DNA from: Candidatus Bathyarchaeia archaeon
Lineage (GTDB): Archaea; Thermoproteota; Bathyarchaeia; Bathyarchaeales; Bathycorpusculaceae
Reading direction: 5' to 3'
DNA: 64,000 nucleotides
Assembly (NCBI GenBank): GCA_038883655.1
Contig: JAVZLQ010000001.1
Location: 256,001 to 320,000 of the forward strand
In this document: positions 57,765-64,000 of the stretch, in pieces
How the letters are laid out: every line of letters begins with the position of its first letter
Numbering within the stretch: position 1 is the stretch's first letter
Notes under the pieces: model-generated
Seen by the model: only the letters and a program-made list of their open reading frames with translations
Databases searched by the model: none
What the model was told of the DNA's origin: nothing
Made by a program: the position numbers and the translations under genes

Positions 57765-59471
57765 CTATCCAAATTTTATGAACATAGGTACTAGCTGCGC
57801 AGCCAAAGCAGCTATAACAACGAGAATCGCCGCGTGTTTGAATCCGGCAGCAATGGATTCCTCGCTTATTTTACCTCCAACTAAACCTATCAGGTAGCTG
57901 TGGAAAATGGCAGAAGTGGTAAATAGAATTCTCATTTGGTTTAGGCTTGCTTCATCTGTTTTGTTTATTTCTGCTACACTTATGGTGCCACGAGTGAAAC
58001 CTAGCATCATTGTTGTTGTTGCAACAAGCAAGATCGCGGAGAAGTAGGGCATGAGTATATATGGGCGCACAGCCATCTTCTTCTCCTTCTCAACTTCCTG
58101 TGTCAAGTTGTTAAATCTAGCTAAAGATTCGATCATTGCAATGGTTCCGCCGCCAACGTCTATGGTTTCAACAAGCAAGTACATGACTATCTGAGTCATC
58201 CAGCTTCGCACACGCTTGACAAAATCCATAATAACTTTCCTAACTGGCACGCCCCAAGAAAGCTCGGAGCTTATCTTGCGCAGTTCTTTTGTAAACTCTC
58301 CGTAATCGCGTTTTGAGAGGCTCTCAATGCACTTTTCTGGTGATAATCCAGTCTTCCTAACCTCTGTCAAGTCTCTCAGAAAGCTGTTAATGCCCTGTTC
58401 GATGCTGGTTCTTTTTTGCGAGAGCCTACTATGTACGATTGCGGCTGGTGCTGTTGCCACGAAGAGGGCTATAGCGACGGCTGTTGGCAACTCTATGATT
58501 GATTGGATAGAGCTGAGGAATGGGATTTCCACGTATCCCATGAAGTTAGTTAATAGTAAAAATACTGCAATGGCTATTGCACTGCAAACCCCAAAAACTT
58601 TGTATGGGCGTGTTTCAACAACTGGCGTTTTGGGCTGCATGCTGTGTGCTAGGTATATGAAGACAAATGAAAGCATTGGCGTAAACAAGTATGTGTATAA
58701 GATTATTCCAGAGCCCATGGATATGCCAGTTGAGTACATGGACTCTACGCTGAACAGTATGTAGAAGCAGAGCGACATCAAAACCATCACGATTATGAAT
58801 GTCTCTAAAAGCATTCCAAGTCTTTCAGCCGCTGCTTTAACGCGCATGGCTCTGGTCTTAAAAATGTCTTCAGCCTTTCTTTCCAGAAAATGTCCAATAT
58901 CACCGCCTATAATCACCGTGGAGGCGTAACCCGAAAGGAAATCTTTGAAAATATCAAGTGGGTTTTTCTTTGCTGCATTTTCTATAGCTGTTAGCGGGTC
59001 TATGCCAAAAATCTCCACATCCTTCATTATCTCTTTCGCTTCGCTTCTCATGGCGGGCATCAGTTCAACTTCAGCAAGTCGCTTAAAACTTGTGTATGGG
59101 GCTATGCCACCAGAAGCCATAACACTAATGTACGCAGCTGCGAAGGGCATCTCCCTCTCAAGGTTCGCCGCTCGATCACTCGCCTTTGACATTGGTATTA
59201 GAATGAATCCTATCATTATGTAGAACGGCATCGGAATTAGGAAAATTACTGGCAAGAAGCCATAAAAGTACAGTATTATGAGGGAGACTATTGAAATTGG
59301 GATTGTTAGAACTGCTAGGAAAAACATCAGTGAAACGTAGGTTTCTGGGTAAATTTTGATTCTAGCCTTTTCCAAATAGTCCTTAAATTCGAAGACATTT
59401 TTTAGAAAAGATGGCGCTATCCTCCCGAATATTCGGAAGGACCATGCTTCAAGAGTTCTTAGAAGTTGCAA
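57765..59471 (-). CDS. Type II secretion system F-family platform protein (TadB/C/ArlJ-like, two domains)
   Basis: LEREMPFA..Y..VMASGG and FLRDL.E..KTGLS repeats; multi-TM. Confidence 0.92.
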   Translation of the reverse strand: MQLLRTLEAWSFRIFGRIAPSFLKNVFEFKDYLEKARIKIYPETYVSLMFFLAVLTIPISIVSLIILYFYGFLPVIFLIPMPFYIMIGFILIPMSKASDRAANLEREMPFAAAYISVMASGGIAPYTSFKRLAEVELMPAMRSEAKEIMKDVEIFGIDPLTAIENAAKKNPLDIFKDFLSGYASTVIIGGDIGHFLERKAEDIFKTRAMRVKAAAERLGMLLETFIIVMVLMSLCFYILFSVESMYSTGISMGSGIILYTYLFTPMLSFVFIYLAHSMQPKTPVVETRPYKVFGVCSAIAIAVFLLLTNFMGYVEIPFLSSIQSIIELPTAVAIALFVATAPAAIVHSRLSQKRTSIEQGINSFLRDLTEVRKTGLSPEKCIESLSKRDYGEFTKELRKISSELSWGVPVRKVIMDFVKRVRSWMTQIVMYLLVETIDVGGGTIAMIESLARFNNLTQEVEKEKKMAVRPYILMPYFSAILLVATTTMMLGFTRGTISVAEINKTDEASLNQMRILFTTSAIFHSYLIGLVGGKISEESIAAGFKHAAILVVIAALAAQLVPMFIKFG

Positions 59472-61077
59472 TTGCTTTCACCTCTTCTCCAGCAACAACC
59501 TTCTCGTAGAACTGTTTTGGTCTAGCGTAGTACTCCGCAATAATTGCGGCTACATCCTTGTAGCTTCTTATGTTGCGCTCTCTCATCCAATGCAGCACGT
59601 CTTTGCGTCTGTTTATTTCCTCGAGAATTTCCTTCTTTGTTAAGCCCGTTTTCTCTGAGATTGCGGAAAGCATTATGCTTTTGTCGAAAGCTGGCATGTG
59701 GCAGTCCTTCACTGGGTGCCATTTGAATACGCACTTGTAATCGTTGTAGTCTGCAATTTCATTAACGTTCATGACACGTCTATACGCCTTCTTCTCCGCG
59801 CCTTTGATTAGGTGGACACGTTGAATTGACAAAACAATATTCATCAGGGGTATGTAAGCTGGCGAAATGTCCATGGGCTTTTGTGTTAAACGCTTTATTG
59901 CCGAGTCAAGGTTCTCAGCGTGCATTGTGCACATGCCACCGTGTCCAGTGGCTAACGCCTGGAAAAGCACGTAGGCTTCTTGTCCCCTAACCTCTCCAAC
60001 TATGAGTATGTCTGGTCTATGCCTCATGGACGTCTTAACAAGGTCGAAAAGCGTAACTTCGCCCACGGTGCTTCCGCCAAGTCCATAACTTTGTCTAGCA
60101 ATAAGCGAAACCCAGTTTTCATGAGGCAGATTAAGTTCGGCTGTTTCCTCTATAGTGATTATCTTGCTTCCAGGCTTAATTAAGCATGCCAAAGCATTAA
60201 GGGCTGTTGTTTTTCCAGCCGCTGTTCCACCCAAAACCATTATTGAGGATCGATGTTCCAAGCATAACCAGAAATAGGCAGCCATCTCCTCTGAGAACGT
60301 GCCCAAATTTATCAGGTCTACTATTGAGTATGGGTCTTCCCTGAACTTTCTGATTGTGAATGCTGTTCCGAAAGGTGTGACCTCGCGTCTGTAACACACT
60401 GCGAGCCTATGCTTGCCTGGTAGTGAAGCATCCACCACTGGGAAGGCTGAGCTTACATGTTTTCCAGCCATGTGGACGAGTTTTACAACCATGTTGTCTA
60501 ATTCTTCGTCGTTTTCAAACTCAACGTTTGTTTCTATGCTTTCGTAGTTTCTATGCCAAACGTAAACCGGCTTGTTAACGCCGTCGCATGAAATGTCCTC
60601 AATGTTTGGGTCCCGCATGAACGGGTCTATTCTGCCGAAGCCCACAAGGTCCCTTTCAGCGTGATATAGAATTTTGTACCATGAAACATCTGGCAGCCAG
60701 CCCAAGCTTATGCGGTACTTGTCAACAATTTTTTTTGCTTCTTCTGCGAAGAACCTTCTCGGGTCGGCGATTTCCTCTTTTGGCGACTCTATTTCAGCTA
60801 GGAGAATCTCCAGTATGCGGTTGTAAACGCTTCTTTCTAGCTGGTCTAGCTGCAACTCGTCTAGGATGTACTTGTACTCTCCAGTTTTTGGATTCTGCAC
60901 GATTGCGGCATGGGCGAACGGTTCGTAAAGCGGATATTTTTCGACAACTTTAAATCCGCGTGGGACTGGTTTTGGCGGAGGTGGTGGCACAACTACCTGT
61001 GCGCGCTTTTTAAAGGCGAATTTTATTCGCACTTTCTTTAGTTTTGTTAAAGTCTTTTTGAGTTGTAGTTTTGGCAT
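59449..61077 (-). CDS. Type II/IV secretion ATPase (TadA/ArlI-like pilus assembly ATPase)
   Basis: DPNIEDISCDG, GGTAAGKTT, IEETAE, RHRPD.LIVGEVRG and TGHG...T.HA. Confidence 0.95.
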   Translation of the reverse strand: MPKLQLKKTLTKLKKVRIKFAFKKRAQVVVPPPPPKPVPRGFKVVEKYPLYEPFAHAAIVQNPKTGEYKYILDELQLDQLERSVYNRILEILLAEIESPKEEIADPRRFFAEEAKKIVDKYRISLGWLPDVSWYKILYHAERDLVGFGRIDPFMRDPNIEDISCDGVNKPVYVWHRNYESIETNVEFENDEELDNMVVKLVHMAGKHVSSAFPVVDASLPGKHRLAVCYRREVTPFGTAFTIRKFREDPYSIVDLINLGTFSEEMAAYFWLCLEHRSSIMVLGGTAAGKTTALNALACLIKPGSKIITIEETAELNLPHENWVSLIARQSYGLGGSTVGEVTLFDLVKTSMRHRPDILIVGEVRGQEAYVLFQALATGHGGMCTMHAENLDSAIKRLTQKPMDISPAYIPLMNIVLSIQRVHLIKGAEKKAYRRVMNVNEIADYNDYKCVFKWHPVKDCHMPAFDKSIMLSAISEKTGLTKKEILEEINRRKDVLHWMRERNIRSYKDVAAIIAEYYARPKQFYEKVVAGEEVKAIATSKNS

Positions 61078-61142
61078 CGGCTTTTCTCCTATTCAGTATC
61101 TGATATATGTACGGTCTATTAAATATTACGTCTTGCTAAACA

Positions 61143-63650
61143 TTACTCCTTTAACGTTCCTTCCTCTTCTCCCTCTTCAATCGAAATCTGAATAATCTTC
61201 AACTTAACTAGAACCACAATGATCACGATGACAATCACTGGAACAATAATCAAAAGCCAAGTTGTCAAAGTCCATCCCTCCGCCTTTGCTGGAACAACCA
61301 AAAGTGTCACTTGTCTAGATGCGCTCACATAACCATCCTTAGAAACGCTAGCAATTATTATCACCTGTAATTCTGTTGATGTTTGTGGAGCGTCAAAAGT
61401 AAAGGTGCACGTACCATCTGAACCAGTAACATTTGTGGACGAAATAAACGTACCGTAACTTGCTTGCATAAAAACATTCGCGCCACTAACAAAGAATGAA
61501 TCCTCATTACGCTTAACAATCACCTTGACAAGCGCACTTTTCCCTGACTCAACAATAGGCGTTATTATTTCAATGTTAAATGTATAAGGGTTAACTGTTA
61601 TGAGTGCTTGGCTTTGTCCTGCGTTGTATCCAGCTTTTGTAGCGTTTGCCATGATTGTAACACTCTTTTGTTCGTTAACAATAGGCGCCGTGAAATTGAA
61701 TGTTACTTCACCGTTTACGTTCGTTATCCCATATGTTAAGGAAAGACTTCCATCTGATGTTTCCATTGTTACATGTGCTCCTTCAACTGGACTCATATCA
61801 TATTCCATCACACGTACTGTCAGCGCTAATTGTGTTCCAGAAAAGGTTTGAGAAGATTCTGGGGTAATCTGAACGGCAAGCGTTCCAGGCTCCACTATTC
61901 CCGTTGCTTGCCAAATTTCCAGATCTTCATAATCTGAACTATCTGCGTAATTCACCCCGCCCATGGATGCAATAGCCACTATTCTGACATAGTCTTTTTC
62001 GACATCATCTTCTATGAATGGAGCTATAAACGTTGTATTGAAAACGCCCACTTCATTCGTTTGTCCAGTTGAAATATTGAAGTCCCCTCCAACTAGGGAA
62101 TACAATGTTACTGTTGCGTCTGCCACTGGGGTTGTTCCATTTGTCACATAAACTGTTACGTTAACATTTCCTTTTTCAACAGTCTTTAGACTACTCAATT
62201 CAAGATTGACAAATAATGGTTGAAGCATATCTCTTACGTAAATTGTAGCAGTAGTGGCAGAACTTATTGCTCCATAATCATCCACAACCCAAAGACGCAC
62301 GTTATAATCGCCTGGAGATGCATATTCGTGGGCGAAAACTGATAGTGTCGTCCAACCGCTGTTGCTTTCATCTCCAAAATCAATATAGTATTGATAAACA
62401 TATCCGTCCTCGTCCTCATCATGTGAGTTTGTTGCATAGAACATTACAGCGGAGTTTGGCTGAACCCAAGTTTTATCTGTGAGTAGGTTTGCGGTCGGAG
62501 GCGTGTTTATCTGACCTATAGGTTTCGTTAAGTATGGTATAAAGTCGATGTCTGCGCCGTTTCCGCCAACTTTATCGCCCTTCCCATGCGGATTGAGTGA
62601 TTCGTGGTTTGGCCCCGTCGGGTCTCCCCAATAGTTATGCTCCGCGATAACGTTGACGGGGTATTCAACGTTTGCCTCAATGTCCATTCCAACCTCGTTT
62701 CCATATAAATCGTTGTACTCTGCGGTGTGGCTTCCATTGGTGTATAGCGCGCCTACTTTGTTATATGAGATGGAATTTCTGGTTAGGTAGGTGTTTACTG
62801 AGGTTGAAATGTAAAATCCTACGTTGTTTGATGAGATGGCGTTATCGAAAATGTTTATGTTCGCGTGGCTTTCCGCTTCAATTAGTACTCCATTTTGAGT
62901 GTTCGCTGAGATTATGCTTCTTGTGATGTTAACGTTTGAGACGCTTGCTCCAGTTAAGAGAATTCCGTTAATGTTTCCAATTAAAGATACATTTGCTATC
63001 GCTACATGCCCACTTCCAGTAATGGATATGCCGTTTTCACCGTTATTGATCACGTGACCATATTGAATGTTTGCGCTGCTGTCTGTTATATTTATCCCGT
63101 TTTTAGTGCAGAAAATAATAGTGAAGTTTTGGATGTTTAAAACTCCATTTATCACGGTCATACCATTTTCCGAGTAGAGCACCGAAGAATCTTGAAGATC
63201 CACATTGCTGTTCTCTATTACTATGGCGTCTTTACCACCAGCAACCAAACAATACTTTAACGTAGATTTCTCGGCGCCTTTAAAAATTATTGACTCCCAA
63301 TTCCCAACGCCTTTCTGATCCTTATTTGAAGTGAAAATTATGGGTTTTTCAAATGTGCCAACAGCGCTTAGCTTTCCATAGACAAATAATGAGAATGGTC
63401 CACCAAACTTAACCTCAACGCCTGGCTCAATGGTCAATGTAACGCCTGGATAGACAGTGACGTTGTTTGCAATTATAATTGGGCTGTCAAGAAGGGTCCA
63501 GAGAGTATCCCTTGTTATGGGGCCTTCCACGTAAGTGCCTTCCGCTTTGCCATGCAAAGTCATAAAGTTAACATTAATTGTGCTGAAAAATATTGTTAGT
63601 AAAGTGGCTAAAGTCTTAATTTTGTTCTTCATGACGGATGCATCCATCAC
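61143..63650 (-). CDS. Membrane-anchored cell-surface protein (right-handed beta-helix, PKD, Ig-like repeats)
   Basis: Signal peptide; TLTIEPGV and N..GI repeats; NYWGDPTGP; Y.IDFGD...H.Y..PG.Y PKD; three GA.V...G.T...G Ig-like repeats; C-terminal TM with acidic tail. Confidence 0.85.
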   Translation of the reverse strand: MMDASVMKNKIKTLATLLTIFFSTINVNFMTLHGKAEGTYVEGPITRDTLWTLLDSPIIIANNVTVYPGVTLTIEPGVEVKFGGPFSLFVYGKLSAVGTFEKPIIFTSNKDQKGVGNWESIIFKGAEKSTLKYCLVAGGKDAIVIENSNVDLQDSSVLYSENGMTVINGVLNIQNFTIIFCTKNGINITDSSANIQYGHVINNGENGISITGSGHVAIANVSLIGNINGILLTGASVSNVNITRSIISANTQNGVLIEAESHANINIFDNAISSNNVGFYISTSVNTYLTRNSISYNKVGALYTNGSHTAEYNDLYGNEVGMDIEANVEYPVNVIAEHNYWGDPTGPNHESLNPHGKGDKVGGNGADIDFIPYLTKPIGQINTPPTANLLTDKTWVQPNSAVMFYATNSHDEDEDGYVYQYYIDFGDESNSGWTTLSVFAHEYASPGDYNVRLWVVDDYGAISSATTATIYVRDMLQPLFVNLELSSLKTVEKGNVNVTVYVTNGTTPVADATVTLYSLVGGDFNISTGQTNEVGVFNTTFIAPFIEDDVEKDYVRIVAIASMGGVNYADSSDYEDLEIWQATGIVEPGTLAVQITPESSQTFSGTQLALTVRVMEYDMSPVEGAHVTMETSDGSLSLTYGITNVNGEVTFNFTAPIVNEQKSVTIMANATKAGYNAGQSQALITVNPYTFNIEIITPIVESGKSALVKVIVKRNEDSFFVSGANVFMQASYGTFISSTNVTGSDGTCTFTFDAPQTSTELQVIIIASVSKDGYVSASRQVTLLVVPAKAEGWTLTTWLLIIVPVIVIVIIVVLVKLKIIQISIEEGEEEGTLKE

Positions 63651-63806
63651 AGTTGATTTTACAGTATCCTCTAGGCTGTATCAGTTTAAACATTATGAAT
63701 TCGAAATAAAACTTCAAAATCTATGTGTCTAATCACGACAAAAGCTTAGTAAACAAGGAAGAAATTTAACAGAGGCATACCAAACACGAAATACGGAGGA
63801 AACCAT

Positions 63807-64000
63807 TTGAAATACTTCACGGCATTTGCGCTTGAAGATTTTCCACTGGTAAACCCTGGAGATAACATAGCAGAACTAATCCTCAAAACAGCACAAAAAA
63901 ATGGCTTAAAAATTGATGACGGCGATGTAATAGCTATTGCACAGAAAATTTTTTCGAAAGCAGAAAACCGTGTTGTTACGCTTAAAAGTGTTCTTCCATC
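63807..64000 (+). CDS. cofE: Coenzyme F420-0:L-glutamate ligase, N-terminal part (truncated by window end)
   Basis: Hand translation MKYFTAFALEDFPLVNPGDNIAELILKTAQKNGLKIDDGDVIAIAQKIFSKAENR; GGAGG RBS at 63795-63799. Confidence 0.85.
   Translation, partial: MKYFTAFALEDFPLVNPGDNIAELILKTAQKNGLKIDDGDVIAIAQKIFSKAENRVVTLKSVLP

Noticed and set aside
50350-61077. Archaellum (motility) operon
   Set aside because: No recognisable archaellin, ArlH, ArlF/G or chemotaxis genes; the architecture fits a pilus
1-64000. Many 60-170 aa antisense or alternate-frame ORFs in the track; CRISPR arrays, IS elements, inteins, defence systems
   Set aside because: The shadow ORFs overlap well-supported genes and lack motifs; I saw no repeat-spacer arrays, transposases, intein motifs or defence genes

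Overview
A 64-kb, gene-dense archaeal chromosomal segment. Gene content and protein style point to the TACK/Thermoproteota lineage, most plausibly Bathyarchaeia; this is an inference, since no rRNA is present. Genes 1-11 kb are the conserved translation superoperon (tRNA-Gly 3' end, proC, rpp21, YhbY, S19e, PDCD5, L39e, L31e, eIF6, LX, prefoldin, ftsY, then argF, dtdA, secE, spt5, L11/L1/L10/L12). Housekeeping genes follow: GlyRS, EndA, AsnRS, DGGGP synthase, sugar-nucleotide enzymes, TgtA, XPD, GlmM/GlmU and tRNA-Ser(UGA). Two accessory modules stand out. One is an acetate/energy cluster (Acd-like-GNAT fusion, AMP-forming Acs, SatP-type acetate channel, P-type ATPase, membrane PPase). The other is a complete type IV pilus-like locus (A24 peptidase, six pilin-like genes of which three appear to lack a cleavable leader, TadC/ArlJ-like platform, ATPase, and an upstream beta-helix/PKD/Ig surface protein). 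I saw no mobile elements, CRISPR arrays or rRNA. All calls come from motif recognition by eye; no database searches were run.
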